Below are positions 1-11,111 of a DNA stretch of 64,000 bases, one piece after another. The position numbers and the translations under genes were made by a program. The first letter of the stretch is position 1. Each line of letters starts with the position of its first letter. Origin of the DNA: an uncultured Oscillospiraceae bacterium (GTDB taxonomy: Bacteria > Bacillota > Clostridia > Peptostreptococcales > Anaerovoracaceae); the NCBI GenBank assembly GCA_964438605.1, contig CAYTKT010000005.1, positions 2,395 to 66,394 on the forward strand, in the 5' to 3' direction. Below the pieces are notes generated by a model that was not told where the DNA came from, did no database searches, and saw nothing but the letters and a program-made list of their open reading frames with translations.

Positions 1-270
1 ATCGTGTTGACTGCGTTTCATTTTACGGCTTACGGCACGCTTCGCCTTACAGCAGCTTTTTCTGCCGCCCGCTCGATGATACGTTTCCGCCGCATCTCGC
101 CGCACCATAAATTTTACGGGAACCGGCGGACCGCATCCTATCTTTCACAAAAACTGAGCAGCCATCTTTTACTTCACACTTCGAAACACTTCGAAGCAAT
201 TTTTGCCGTGTTCCGGCTGATCCGTACATTTCACGCAGATCAGCCAGCGGTACAAATTTTTCCAGAAAGG

Positions 271-750
271 CTACTGACGCGAAATTTCCAGCACCTTCAG
301 ATGAACAATCCCGTCTGGAATCTCGACTGCCACCTCCTCGCCGACGCTGGCGCCGATCAGTGCGCTGCCGATAGCCGACTCATTTGAAATTTTGCCCTCA
401 AACGGGTCCGATTCATTAGAACCGACAATCGTGTAAGCCTCCGTGGAACCTTCTCCCAGATATTCCACCGTAACCGTGTGGCCCAGGTTCACCCTGTCAG
501 ACGTAATCTCCGATTCATCAATAACCCGCGCATTCCGGATCATCGTTTCAAGTCTTAAAATCTTTTCCTCAAGCTCCGCCTGCTCGTTCTTCGCGGCATC
601 ATACTCGGCATTTTCCGAAAGGTCCCCGTAGGAAATCGCTTCCTTCAGGCGTTCGGCAACTTCCAGTCTGCGAACCGCAACTAATTCTTCGTGCTCCGCA
701 ACGAGTTTGTCATACCCCTCCTGAGTAAGTAACACTTCATCTCTGGCCAT
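271..750 (-). CDS. greA: transcription elongation factor GreA
   Basis: ORF 271..798. The internal ATG at 750, preceded by GAAAGGAA, gives MARDEVLLTQEGYDKL... It has the GreA coiled-coil and C-terminal domain, with SENAEYDAAK. Confidence 0.9.
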   Translation of the reverse strand: MARDEVLLTQEGYDKLVAEHEELVAVRRLEVAERLKEAISYGDLSENAEYDAAKNEQAELEEKILRLETMIRNARVIDESEITSDRVNLGHTVTVEYLGEGSTEAYTIVGSNESDPFEGKISNESAIGSALIGASVGEEVAVEIPDGIVHLKVLEISRQ

Positions 751-821
751 AATATTCCGTTCCTTTCTGCACCGCCGCAACAGCGGAACCGTTATCAAAA
801 ATTATTAAATTCTTCTCTTTT

Positions 822-1805
822 CTACGTTTCCACGCACGTGCCGCATATATCGGCGTCTGCAAGAATCTGCTCAAGCGCTCCGAAAATTTCCTCCCGCGTT
901 TCCATCTGGTTGATCTGCCGGCGCAGCGATGCAGCTCCGCGCATCCCCTTTATATACCAGCCAATATGCTTCCGCATACTGCGTATCCCAACGTATTCAC
1001 CCTTTTCACGTATCGTTTCCTCGTAATGTTCCTTAATCAGATCAATTTTTTCCCGTACAGAGGGTACATATTCCTTTCCCTCGCAAAGAGAACGAAAAAT
1101 CCAAGGGTTTCCGAGCGCACCTCTCCCAATCATTACCATATCGCAGCCCGTTTCGCGAAACATACTCTCGCAGCTTTCCACATCAAAAATGTCGCCGTTT
1201 CCGATTACCGGAATGTTGACGCTCTCCTTTACACGGCGGATCACACTCCTGTCTGCAGTTCCGCTGTAAAACTGATCCCGTGTCCTGCCATGAACACAGA
1301 TGGCCGCCGCGCCCGCTTCTTCAATCCGCTTCGCATTTTCAACGGCATTAATCGAATCTTCATTCCATCCCGTGCGAATCTTGACTGTCACCGGTTTTTT
1401 CGACATCCTGACAGCCGCTTTGACGACCTCAGAAATTTTCTCCGGATTTTTTAAAAGCGCCGACCCGTCGCCGCTTTTAACGACTTTCGGCACAGGACAT
1501 CCCATATTGATATCGAGAATACAATTTTCTCTCGACGAGAGCACGTCGGCCGCGTAAGCAATCGCCCACGGCTCAGAACCAAAAATCTGGTAAACAACTG
1601 GCTTCTCGTCCTCACCGATATGAAGCAGCTTTTCCGTCATTTTATCGTTATAGTAAAGCCCTTTTGCGCTGATCATCTCGGAATAGACGGCCCCCGCCCC
1701 CAAACGCCTGCAAAGACGCCGAAACGGGTAATCGGTAATACCCGCCATAGGCGCCATCAGATATGGCGAGTCAAACTCGACCCCGCCGATTTTAAATTTT
1801 TTCAT
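822..1805 (-). CDS. dus: tRNA-dihydrouridine synthase
   Basis: 327 aa. Dus-family N-terminus LMAPMAGITDYPFRRLC and a TIM-barrel FMN enzyme pattern. It sits in the conserved position next to coaX/greA. Confidence 0.85.
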   Translation of the reverse strand: MKKFKIGGVEFDSPYLMAPMAGITDYPFRRLCRRLGAGAVYSEMISAKGLYYNDKMTEKLLHIGEDEKPVVYQIFGSEPWAIAYAADVLSSRENCILDINMGCPVPKVVKSGDGSALLKNPEKISEVVKAAVRMSKKPVTVKIRTGWNEDSINAVENAKRIEEAGAAAICVHGRTRDQFYSGTADRSVIRRVKESVNIPVIGNGDIFDVESCESMFRETGCDMVMIGRGALGNPWIFRSLCEGKEYVPSVREKIDLIKEHYEETIREKGEYVGIRSMRKHIGWYIKGMRGAASLRRQINQMETREEIFGALEQILADADICGTCVET

Positions 1806-1874
1806 TATCTTTCATATCAATTCAGCCTTTTCCCCAGAAAAAGGCATAAAATTCGCCTGTACTCTACTCTGTTC

Positions 1875-2726
1875 TTATGACGTCTCCTCCGCCTTCAGCT
1901 GAATATGCTCCTTGCTCAGCTTATTCCTGTTCCCAAAGCTGTTCTTATTCTTTTCATAAATGATGCTCAGCCCTTCCAGCGTCAAAAGCCGGTCGACATA
2001 ATCAATCGAATCCACGCCCCGCGCCACCATCGTCGCCAGTCCGCCCGTAGCCACAACCGTAATCTTACCCGGATCGCCGCCCGTCATATCCGCGTACTCC
2101 TGCTTCATTTTCCTGACAATAAAATCGACGACGCCCATATGCCCGTAGACGAGGCCCGACTGCATACTCTCAATCGTATTTCTGCAAATCACGTGGCCCG
2201 GCTCCATCAGCTCCACTCTCGGCAGTTTTGCCGTTTTCTCAAACAGTGCGTCGGAGGAAATCTTAATTCCCGGCGCAATCGTACCTCCGAGATACTCACA
2301 TTTTTCCGAAATACAGCAAAATGTCGTCGCCGTTCCAAAATCAATAATGATCAATGGTCCTCCGTACTTGTTAAACGCTGCGACCGCGTTTACAATCCGG
2401 TCCGCGCCGACCTGCTTCGGGTTGTCATACTTGATGATCATGCCCGTTTTAATTCCCGGCCCCACTTCAATCGCCCGGATATTAAAATATTTCACGGTCA
2501 AATGCTGCAATGTGTAGGAAATCGACGGCACGACGGTGGAAATAATCGCGTCTTTTACTTCAGACATATCCAGCTTGTTGTAATCGAACAGATTCCGGAT
2601 GATCATACCGTATTCATCCGCACTCTTATTCTTATCCGTTTCCATCCGCCAGTCCTGGATTAACTTTTTCCCCTTGAAAACTCCAAGCACAATATTCGTA
2701 TTTCCTACATCAAATGCCAATAACAT
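1875..2726 (-). CDS. coaX: type III pantothenate kinase
   Basis: 283 aa. [17 protein letters not shown] is the typical CoaX N-terminus, with DRIVNAVAA and GTATT motifs. Confidence 0.9.
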   Translation of the reverse strand: MLLAFDVGNTNIVLGVFKGKKLIQDWRMETDKNKSADEYGMIIRNLFDYNKLDMSEVKDAIISTVVPSISYTLQHLTVKYFNIRAIEVGPGIKTGMIIKYDNPKQVGADRIVNAVAAFNKYGGPLIIIDFGTATTFCCISEKCEYLGGTIAPGIKISSDALFEKTAKLPRVELMEPGHVICRNTIESMQSGLVYGHMGVVDFIVRKMKQEYADMTGGDPGKITVVATGGLATMVARGVDSIDYVDRLLTLEGLSIIYEKNKNSFGNRNKLSKEHIQLKAEETS

Positions 2727-2759
2727 AACTTTCTGTTTATCCTCCTGCCTTCAGGCAGA

Positions 2760-4838
2760 TCAATCCTCTTTTTTGTTGTCCGATCTGTTTTCCTGGATAT
2801 CCTGAGATTCATCCTCCGCCGGGTTTTTCGTTTTATTTTCAAAGACGATATTTTCCGCCTTGACATTCTCAAAACGGAAATCTTTGATTTCAGAAATCTG
2901 CTGCTCCAGTTCCGCCTTCTCCTCGGCATATTCCTTCTCAGCTTCGGCCTTCTGCTGCGCAATCATTTCAGCTTTTTTATCCGCCTTGCTGCGGGCCTCC
3001 GCTACGATTTCCTCACGCGTCTTTTCCCCGGTGTACAGCTGTTCAAACTGTTCCGCATCGAGCGTCTCGATATCGAGCAGCGTTTCCGCCACGAGCGTCA
3101 GTTTATCAAAATTTTCTTTGAGTATCTGCTCCGCCTTCGCGTAAGCATTGTCCAACAGTTCCTTAACTTCCTCGTCAATCGCCTGCGCCGTAGACTCAGA
3201 GTAACCTGCGCGTCTTGACGTAAAATCATTTCCGACAAAAACTTCTTCCGATTCGCTGTAATTTACAGTACCGATGCGCTCACTCATACCATATTTCATT
3301 ACCATATCCCTGGCGATCTTTGTAGCGCGTTCAATATCGTTACTCGCTCCTGTGCTTATATCATCGAGGACGAGAGCTTCCGCCACGCGACCGCCCAGCA
3401 GATGAATCAGAGAATCCATCATACGATTTTTCGATTCAAACGTGCGCTCCTCCTTCGGCAGAAACATCGTCATACCTCCGGCCATTCCTCTCGGAATAAT
3501 CGTCACCTGATGAACAGGGTCCGAATTCGGAAGGTTTCTGATCAGAACGGCGTGGCCCGCCTCGTGGTACGCTGTCAGCTTACGTTCGTCTTCCGTGACG
3601 ACGCGGCTCTTTTTCGCCGGACCGGCCATAACTTTCGTAATCGCTTCCTCAAGTTCTTCCATCATGATCGTTTTGCCGTTCCTGCGAGCTGTCAGCAGTG
3701 CCGCCTCATTCAGAACATTTTCGAGATCTGCCGGTGAAAATCCCGGCGTCATGCGCGCAAGAACTCCAAGATCAACCGATTCGTCAATCGGCTTATTCTT
3801 CGAATGAACGCCGAGAACAGCCTCTCTGCCTCTTACGTCCGGCAGACCAATAAAAATTTGGCGGTCAAATCTGCCCGGTCTTAACAACGCCGGGTCGAGA
3901 ACGTCCGGACGGTTTGTCGCCGCAAATACGATAACGCCTTCATTGATTCCAAATCCGTCCATCTCCACAAGCATCTGGTTAAGCGTCTGTTCCCGCTCAT
4001 CATGACCGCCGCCAAGACCTGCACCTCTGCGCCTGCCCACGGCATCAATCTCGTCGATAAAAATAATGCTCGGCGAATTTTTTTTGGCCTGTTCAAACAG
4101 ATCTCTGACACGCGACGCGCCGACGCCGACAAACATTTCCACAAAATCAGAACCGGAAATGCTGAAAAACGGTACACCTGCTTCGCCTGACACGGCCTTT
4201 GTCACGAAGGTTTTACCCGTTCCCGGAGGCCCCACAAGCAAAACGCCCTTCGGAATTCTTGCGCCAAGCGCCGTATATTTTTTTGGACGCCGCAAAAAAT
4301 CGACGATTTCCTGCAGTTCTTCTTTTTCCTCTTCAAGTCCCGCGACATCGCTGAACGTAACCTTTTTGCCTTCGTCCCGGTACAGTTTCGCACGGCTTCT
4401 GCCGAAAGACATCGCTTTTCCTGCGCCGCCCTGAGCGGCATTCATAAACACCATCCAGACTACGACCATAATGACGACGGTCAGCAGATAAGGCAGCATA
4501 CTGATATACCACGGTGTCGTCTTCGGCGGCTCACTTGTCACGATGAGCTTGCCGTCGTAAACCTGCGGCATAATCAGATCGTTATCTATTACCATCAGCT
4601 GCAGGCTGGACGGCGCATAAGCATGTATCATATCGCCGTTTTTGAGCTTCCCCTGCATACTCGTTTCCTGCAGCGTCAATTCTTTGACATTTTCGCTCTT
4701 AAGCTCTGCCACAAACTCTGAAAATTCGACTTCCTTGATCTCCTGCTCCGATTGGGAGCTCATAAAAAAATATGCGATCCCCATGACACATACAAAAATC
4801 AGAGCATAAATCGCCAATGTCTTATACCATTTTTTCAA
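2760..4838 (-). CDS. ftsH: ATP-dependent zinc metalloprotease FtsH
   Basis: 692 aa. N-terminal TM segments, Walker A GPPGTGKT, the AAA second region of homology, and the HEAGHA zinc site. It has a long K/E-rich C-terminal tail. Confidence 0.95.
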   Translation of the reverse strand: MKKWYKTLAIYALIFVCVMGIAYFFMSSQSEQEIKEVEFSEFVAELKSENVKELTLQETSMQGKLKNGDMIHAYAPSSLQLMVIDNDLIMPQVYDGKLIVTSEPPKTTPWYISMLPYLLTVVIMVVVWMVFMNAAQGGAGKAMSFGRSRAKLYRDEGKKVTFSDVAGLEEEKEELQEIVDFLRRPKKYTALGARIPKGVLLVGPPGTGKTFVTKAVSGEAGVPFFSISGSDFVEMFVGVGASRVRDLFEQAKKNSPSIIFIDEIDAVGRRRGAGLGGGHDEREQTLNQMLVEMDGFGINEGVIVFAATNRPDVLDPALLRPGRFDRQIFIGLPDVRGREAVLGVHSKNKPIDESVDLGVLARMTPGFSPADLENVLNEAALLTARRNGKTIMMEELEEAITKVMAGPAKKSRVVTEDERKLTAYHEAGHAVLIRNLPNSDPVHQVTIIPRGMAGGMTMFLPKEERTFESKNRMMDSLIHLLGGRVAEALVLDDISTGASNDIERATKIARDMVMKYGMSERIGTVNYSESEEVFVGNDFTSRRAGYSESTAQAIDEEVKELLDNAYAKAEQILKENFDKLTLVAETLLDIETLDAEQFEQLYTGEKTREEIVAEARSKADKKAEMIAQQKAEAEKEYAEEKAELEQQISEIKDFRFENVKAENIVFENKTKNPAEDESQDIQENRSDNKKED

Positions 4839-4885
4839 TTCAAGCCTCCTTTACGCAGGTTCAAAAACCCAATTATCATTGTATT

Positions 4886-6478
4886 TTACCACAGCAAATT
4901 CCAATATTCAATAGAAACAATCAGCTCAGACTCCGGCTTTTCACGGCACTCGTCTGACGCCTCTCCGCCGGCCGCGAGAATTTCAGATCCGTCGGCCAGC
5001 AGGATGACGCCGTCTCTCAAAGGCTGCGGAACCTTGCGCTCAGAAAAAAGAGCCTTCAATTTTTTGCGGCCTTTCATCCCCTTCGGTCTGAACAAGTCTC
5101 CCGGTCTGCGAAATCGAAAGACCAGACATTCCCGTTCGCGCAGCGCCTCCCAGTCAAGGCGCACTAATCTGCTGTCCCATCGGCCCGTCGCGCCGTCAGT
5201 TTCCGCAATTTTCGCCGTTCCTCTTTGAAGCGACAGAGTAACATGCTGCTGTTTCATGCTCGTATTGTCATATTCGTTTCGCAGAGCAAACTCCGGCTGT
5301 TCTGCGCTCACGCCGCTTTGCACGGCTTGTGAAACAGCATCCGTCTGTCGCGTCCCCGTACAGCTTTGTTCTGCCTTGCTGCCGCTCTCCAGCCTGATGC
5401 TGATAAAATGCCCGGAAAGCTTCACCTCAGCATATCCCTCCTGCATCAAAGTTTCCACTGGAAACGGCACCTGCTCCTGATTTCTTTCCTCAGCGCCGCG
5501 TTTTAAAAACCATAATTTTCCATACGAGTTTTTTACATAACACCCGTGTGAAAGATCGGTTTCTCTGCCGCTCCGTGATGCGCCAAACAATCCCAAAACG
5601 CTGCGGATTTGAATTTCCGACAAATCCAGGCCTGCTCCGGCCCGCCGCGCCACTTCCATGACGACGCGCTTTGCCACGGCAGGAGGTATTTCACTACTAT
5701 CAGCCGTTTCCAGAGATTTTTCTGACTCATTCCAGCGTTCCCGTATCATCTTACCCGCAGCCAAGGCAATATAATCATCATCCTCTGACGCCAGTCTGCC
5801 CAGCCGAACGAGGGCGCTGTCGATTGCGGGATTATATTCTCTCAGATGCGGCAGAAGCTCAAGACGAATACGGTTGCGCGTATAAACCGCCTGACTGTTC
5901 GTACTGTCATGCACCGGTACGATACCATGAGTTTCGCAGTAAGCCTCAACACCGGCACGGCTCAAGTCGAGCAGCGGTCTTATGACAGTCCCGTACTCAG
6001 CCGGACGCGTATATTCGATGCCACGAAGGCCGTGAATCCCTGTTCCGCGCAGAATTCTCATGAGAATCGTTTCCGCCTGGTCATCCCTGTTATGCGCCAC
6101 GGCCGTCCTTGCCGCACCCATCTCACGCGCCGCCAGCGCAAAAGATTCATACCGCGCCCGCCGCCCTGCCGTCTCACTGCTGACGCCGCTGCGCTTTGCC
6201 TCAGCCGCAATATCAAACTGAAAAACGCGGCACGAAACTCCAAGGCTTTCAGCCAGTTCTTTTGCATAAGCTTCATCTCTGCCGGCTTCCGCGCCTCTTA
6301 GGCCATGATTCACATGAACCGCAAGAATTTCGCGAATTCCAAGCTCATCACGAAGCGCCGCCAGCGCATGAAGAAGACACGCTGAATCCGGCCCGCCGGA
6401 CAGACCCACGACGACGCTGTCGCCCGGTGAAATCATGTCATGCTCTTTTATCGTATTTCTAATCCGCTCAAGACTCAT
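4886..6478 (-). CDS. tilS: tRNA(Ile)-lysidine synthetase
   Basis: PP-loop SGGPDS and the TilS C-terminal domain (RPGD...KKLKALF). The ATG at 6478 with a GAAGGAAA RBS is preferred over the TTG at 6499. It carries roughly 60-70 extra residues compared with typical TilS. Confidence 0.9.
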   Translation of the reverse strand: MSLERIRNTIKEHDMISPGDSVVVGLSGGPDSACLLHALAALRDELGIREILAVHVNHGLRGAEAGRDEAYAKELAESLGVSCRVFQFDIAAEAKRSGVSSETAGRRARYESFALAAREMGAARTAVAHNRDDQAETILMRILRGTGIHGLRGIEYTRPAEYGTVIRPLLDLSRAGVEAYCETHGIVPVHDSTNSQAVYTRNRIRLELLPHLREYNPAIDSALVRLGRLASEDDDYIALAAGKMIRERWNESEKSLETADSSEIPPAVAKRVVMEVARRAGAGLDLSEIQIRSVLGLFGASRSGRETDLSHGCYVKNSYGKLWFLKRGAEERNQEQVPFPVETLMQEGYAEVKLSGHFISIRLESGSKAEQSCTGTRQTDAVSQAVQSGVSAEQPEFALRNEYDNTSMKQQHVTLSLQRGTAKIAETDGATGRWDSRLVRLDWEALRERECLVFRFRRPGDLFRPKGMKGRKKLKALFSERKVPQPLRDGVILLADGSEILAAGGEASDECREKPESELIVSIEYWNLLW

Positions 6479-6822
6479 CGCCGTTTCCTTCTGTTTCAAC
6501 CGGAAAAATCCTGTACAGGCCCGGTATTTTAATTATCATACCTCACTTTACTGTATTTTAACTGATCGTTTTCTGTCGGTTTGATAAAATTTTTCACGCT
6601 GCTCCGCCCTGCCTTGCTTCATTGTTTTTTGTCGATTTTTAGCTTCAAAGCCCGTTTTTTGCGGTCTTATGGCCGAACACGCGGCCCGCCGGATGCGTTA
6701 ATATAGAAAATATACCATGAAAACATTCTATCAACAATCCTTTGCAGCAAAGCGCCGGCAAAGGCAGCTCTCCACGGCAAAGTCAGATAATTTTATATAA
6801 GGAGGATCGAAATTCTCGCAGA

Positions 6823-6990
6823 AAAATCAAGACTACAACACCCGCAATCAAATTCGGCATCATGTCAAGCGTCTGCGGACTTCCAAAAACAGTCGGGATT
6901 TCCGGTGACAACTATCTGTGCCGGAAACTCACACAAACGACTTACATTGCTGCCCTTTCAGACGGTATGGGAACAGGAAGAATCGCTTCT
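6823..6990 (+). pseudogene. fragment of a SpoIIE/PP2C-family phosphatase (start of the catalytic domain only)
   Basis: The frame reads KIKTTTPAIKFGIMSSVCGLPKTVGISGDNYLCRKLTQTTYIAALSDGMGTGRIAS. This matches the SpoIIE-type VSGDSY...AISDGMGNG.A motifs. The frame then runs into low-complexity sequence and into the tatD 3' end. There is no credible start and no remainder of the domain. Confidence 0.4.
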
Positions 6991-7199
6991 CACTGTCTGC
7001 GATTCCCTGATTTTTATGCGGCCTGTCGCCCACACATCTGCCGCTTTCCGCCGCCTGCTGCCTATCACCTCATGTTTTCCGCCTGCCATTTTCATTTGCC
7101 ATTTTTTCACCCGTACCGGTTTCTCGCTTCCTGCCGCTATGCCATCCGTCGTGTTCGCCGACTTTTCACTTCCTTCTGCCATTCCTCTGCACAAGGCTT

Positions 7200-7973
7200 T
7201 CACTCGATTCCGTAAAACCGCTTCGCTGTCTCGCAGGTTGCCTCTGCAACCTCCTCATAAGTCACACCCTTCAGTTCCGCAATCTTCTGCGCTGTCAGCC
7301 TGATAAGAGACGGATCATTTCGCTCCCCGCGATGCGGCGCCGGCGTCAAAAACGGCGCATCCGTCTCAATACACATATGATCTAACGGGATCGCTGCGAC
7401 AACCTCCGGCGCCTTCTTCGTACCGGGATATGTCACAGGACCTGCGATAGAAAAATAACATCCCAGCTTCAGATACTGGCGCGCAAGCTCCGCGCTTCCC
7501 GAATAACAATGCATCAGAACCCGCGTATTTTCAAACGCCTTTTCTTCCTTTAAAATACGCATCACATCACCGTGCGCCTCTCTGTCGTGTATCGCAATCG
7601 GCAGCCCCAGCCGAACGGCCAGCTGAATCTGGCGGCGGAACCAATACTGCTGTACATCGTGAGGCACCGTCTCCCAGTAATAATCGAGGCCGATTTCCCC
7701 GATTGCCACAACCTTCTCCTTTTTTGCAAGCCCTTCCAGCAAAAACAGAGAATCCTCATCGGCTTCCTTCGTCTTTTGCGGATAAAATCCAACCATTGCG
7801 TAAATCCACGGATATTTTTCCGCCAGCTTAACGGCATTCATCGACGTTTCGAGATCGACGCCCGGATTTACAACATAAGAAATGTCATCCTCTGTCACGA
7901 GTTTTTTGAAAAGCTCCTCACGATCTTCGTCAAACTGCGGGCTGTCAAGATGCGCGTGGGAATCAAACAACAT
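7200..7973 (-). CDS. TatD-family metal-dependent hydrolase
   Basis: MLFDSHAHLD start and the TatD pattern (HCYSG, ETDAPFL). The ATG at 7973 is preceded by GGAGG. Confidence 0.85.
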   Translation of the reverse strand: MLFDSHAHLDSPQFDEDREELFKKLVTEDDISYVVNPGVDLETSMNAVKLAEKYPWIYAMVGFYPQKTKEADEDSLFLLEGLAKKEKVVAIGEIGLDYYWETVPHDVQQYWFRRQIQLAVRLGLPIAIHDREAHGDVMRILKEEKAFENTRVLMHCYSGSAELARQYLKLGCYFSIAGPVTYPGTKKAPEVVAAIPLDHMCIETDAPFLTPAPHRGERNDPSLIRLTAQKIAELKGVTYEEVAEATCETAKRFYGIE

Positions 7974-8237
7974 AATCCTCGCCTCCATTTCTCTGATAAT
8001 TACCTGACAAATTATTTATATCTGTCTGAATCAAAATTCTTTCCATAGTTTTCGATGTTTCTTCACAATTTTAGTTTTAAAAAGTGTGATCCAAACTGGT
8101 TATAAACCGAACTATAAAAAATACATATCATCTGCATATATTTTATATATATTTCAAAACATACGTCTTTTGCTTATCTGATTGCAAAACAGACCCGCCA
8201 CGTGCAACTTACAGCTCATGACGGATCTGAAATTTTA

Positions 8238-10352
8238 CTATTTTACCTGATTTCCATTAGACGCATCTGTCGTCACAAACTCAAGGCGTTCGCCGTTATC
8301 AGCAAACAAAATCATGCCCTTCGACTCCTGACCGCGCAGCTTCACCGGTTTCAGATTCGCAACGACGATAACATTCCTGCCTGTCATTTCTTCCGGCGTG
8401 TAATAAGATGCGACGCCCGAAACAATCTGCCTGACCTCACCGCCGACTTTTACCTGAGACACCAGCAGCCTGTCAGCCTTTGGATGCTTCTCACAGGAAA
8501 GAATCTTCCCGACACGAAAATCTATTTTGTCAAAATCATCAATCGTAATCTCCGGTTTCAGCGGTGGAAACTCCGCGGCGCCGCCTTCTGCATCTTCAGC
8601 GGACCCGATATCTGCACCAGTTTCCGCCGCATTCTTTACGCCTCCGTTTTCCTGCTTTTTTTGATCCGCCGCGCCTGATGGATTCGCCGCACCTGATGCG
8701 CCTGCCGAAACGCCGTCTTTTGCATCACCGTCCTGCGCACTCGCCGCCTTCGCTTTCGCTTTTGCCTTTGCTTCGGCAACTGACGCCGCCGTCATCGCCT
8801 CAAGCTCCGCGATTTCCTTCTCGATATCCAGACGCGGGAAAATCGGCTCGCCTCTGACGACCTTTTTCCCCTGCATCATATCAAACCGGCGCGTATCTTC
8901 CCATTTCACTTCTTCTTCTGAAATTCCCAGCTGTTCCCTGATTTTTTCCGACGTATTGTGAATAAACGGATGAATCAGAATCGAAATAATTCTGACAGAC
9001 TCCATCAAATGGTGCATCACCGTATCAAGGCGCGGCTTTGACGCTTCCTCTTTCGCTAAAATCCACGGACTCGTCTCGTCGATATATTTATTCGTCCTGC
9101 GGATCAGTTTCCAGATTTCTTCAAGTGCCAGATTAAAGCTGAACTTATCCATGTACGCTTCCACCCGGTCAGCCGTCGTCAGCGCCATTTCGATCAGTTC
9201 CCCGTCAGGGTCCGCCTCCTCGCCCGGCGCGGGAATCACACCGCCGTCATATTTTTCAACCATGGCCACCGTCCGGCTCACGAGATTTCCCAAATCGTTA
9301 GCAAGATCATAATTAAGGCGGTTCAACATTACTTCATTGGTATATAATCCGTCCTGGCCAAACGCATATTCCCTGAGCAAAAAATACTTCAGCGCATCGA
9401 TTCCGTAACGCTCAATCAGTTTGACAGGATCGACGACGTTTCCTCTCGATTTCGACATCTTGCCGCCTTCCAGCAAAATCCAGCCGTGGCCGAGAACGCG
9501 TTTCGGCAGCGGCGCTTCAAGAGACATGAGCATCGCCGGCCAGATGATAGAATGAAATCTGACGATCTCCTTTCCGACGAGATGAACGTCAGCCGGCCAA
9601 AATTTTTTGTAAAGCTCCGAGTCTTCATCCGGATAACCCAGCGCCGTCACGTAATTTGAAAGAGCGTCAAGCCATACGTATATGACATGTTTCTGGTCAA
9701 TCGGAACAGGGATTCCCCAGTCAAACGTGCTTCTGGAAATGCATAAGTCATCGAGCCCCTGACGGATAAAACTCAACATTTCGTTTCGCCTCGCCTCCGG
9801 TTGAAGAAATTCCGGATTATTTTCCAGCAAATCGATCAGCTGATCCTGATATTTTGAAAGACGGAAGAAATATGCTTCCTCCTTTGCCTTCTCAAGGGGT
9901 CTGCCGCAGTCAGGACACTTGCCGTCAGGAGCCTGAACTTCTGTCCAGAAGGCTTCGCACGGCGTACAATAAAGGCCCTCATATTCTCCTTTGTAAATAT
10001 CACCCTTATCGTACATTTTATTGAAAATTTCCTGCACCCGCTCCACATGACGATCCTGCGTCGTTCGAATAAAATCATCATAGGAAATTTCCATCGTATC
10101 CCAGAGTTTAATAATCCTTCCTACTACATCGTCCACGTATTCCTGCGGTGTCACACCGTTTTCCTGCGCTGCCTTCTGAATCTTCTGACCATGCTCATCC
10201 GTGCCTGTCAGAAAACGGACGTCATAACCAGTCGCCCGCTTAAACCGCGCCATGGCGTCCGCCATAACAGTGCAGTACGTATGGCCGATGTGAAGGTCAG
10301 CACTCGGATAATAAATCGGTGTCGTTATATAAAATGTCTTTTTTTCATCCAT
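8238..10352 (-). CDS. metG: methionine--tRNA ligase with C-terminal EMAP/tRNA-binding domain
   Basis: 704 aa with HIGHTY and KMSKS class I signatures. An Ala/Lys/Gly-rich linker ([11 protein letters not shown]...) precedes the C-terminal OB-fold domain. Confidence 0.95.
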   Translation of the reverse strand: MDEKKTFYITTPIYYPSADLHIGHTYCTVMADAMARFKRATGYDVRFLTGTDEHGQKIQKAAQENGVTPQEYVDDVVGRIIKLWDTMEISYDDFIRTTQDRHVERVQEIFNKMYDKGDIYKGEYEGLYCTPCEAFWTEVQAPDGKCPDCGRPLEKAKEEAYFFRLSKYQDQLIDLLENNPEFLQPEARRNEMLSFIRQGLDDLCISRSTFDWGIPVPIDQKHVIYVWLDALSNYVTALGYPDEDSELYKKFWPADVHLVGKEIVRFHSIIWPAMLMSLEAPLPKRVLGHGWILLEGGKMSKSRGNVVDPVKLIERYGIDALKYFLLREYAFGQDGLYTNEVMLNRLNYDLANDLGNLVSRTVAMVEKYDGGVIPAPGEEADPDGELIEMALTTADRVEAYMDKFSFNLALEEIWKLIRRTNKYIDETSPWILAKEEASKPRLDTVMHHLMESVRIISILIHPFIHNTSEKIREQLGISEEEVKWEDTRRFDMMQGKKVVRGEPIFPRLDIEKEIAELEAMTAASVAEAKAKAKAKAASAQDGDAKDGVSAGASGAANPSGAADQKKQENGGVKNAAETGADIGSAEDAEGGAAEFPPLKPEITIDDFDKIDFRVGKILSCEKHPKADRLLVSQVKVGGEVRQIVSGVASYYTPEEMTGRNVIVVANLKPVKLRGQESKGMILFADNGERLEFVTTDASNGNQVK

Positions 10353-10695
10353 ATTTCGTAAACTCCTTTTCCTGCCGCCGAATCCGTCTACAACACTGTT
10401 TTTGCCGCCATTCAGGCCCTCTATATCCGGCCGCGCCGATAGATAGTTTTCAGCATATCATATATATTCTTCCAAATCAACACATTCCACCGATTCCAGC
10501 TGTTTTCCCATGCGCTTTAACGCCACACGCCCGTGTTTTTCTATATTACAACCCCACCGCGTTACGGTAAAAAACAAAAATACTGCAAATTTTCACAGCC
10601 TGCCTGCTGCACCCTGATATTTCACAGTCCTTATCTCTTATTCCTTATCAATATCCGGCGGCGTCTTCCCGCTTCATCCGGCCGGATTTTCGCAC

Positions 10696-10727
10696 AGAAA
10701 AAGACACCGTGGCCTACGGTGTCCTTT
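10696..10727 (-). terminator. rho-independent terminator candidate
   Basis: The minus strand reads AAGGACACCGT-AGGCC-ACGGTGTCTTTTTCT, a GC-rich stem followed by a T-run. It lies about 385 nt downstream of the regulator at 11112. Confidence 0.5.
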
Positions 10728-11111
10728 CCCGATAAAACATCGGTTGATATGTTAAGAGTGAGTGTATTTCGCAATGCCGTAATGACATGCCAGAAGTCCG
10801 GCGCCGGAAATTAACGCCGGCTGCCAAGATAAGGAATTATGTTCCTTATCTTGTTCTGACAATATTTATTATACTCATTTTTATCAAGAAAGATATGGCC
10901 CAAAAAGGATACTATTTTATTTGGAGCGCCCGGCTCGGATCATTTTCCGCCGCCCGCTGTTCTCCGTCCTGCCTCTGACACACTTGAAATAACACACTCT
11001 CTGCCATAAAACACCGCTCCATATTCCATATACAAATCTGTATCATTTTTTTAATTTTCCGTACCAGCAGACAACGGCTTTCATTTTTTCCATAAATAAA
11101 ATTCTCTTTTA

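Noticed and set aside
1-270. Leader RNA, or the start of the next gene (lysS is expected after greA), on the minus strand.
   Set aside because: Only short hairpins are present, with an ATG (MKRSQHD) at the window edge that lacks an RBS. The sequence is insufficient for a call.
10353-10700. Possible T-box leader upstream of metG.
   Set aside because: Only a weak GGTGG-containing string is present (AATCGGTGGAATGTG). There is no GGGTGGTACCGCG box, no clear specifier or stem I features, and no terminator/antiterminator pair. An Rfam RF00230 scan would settle it.
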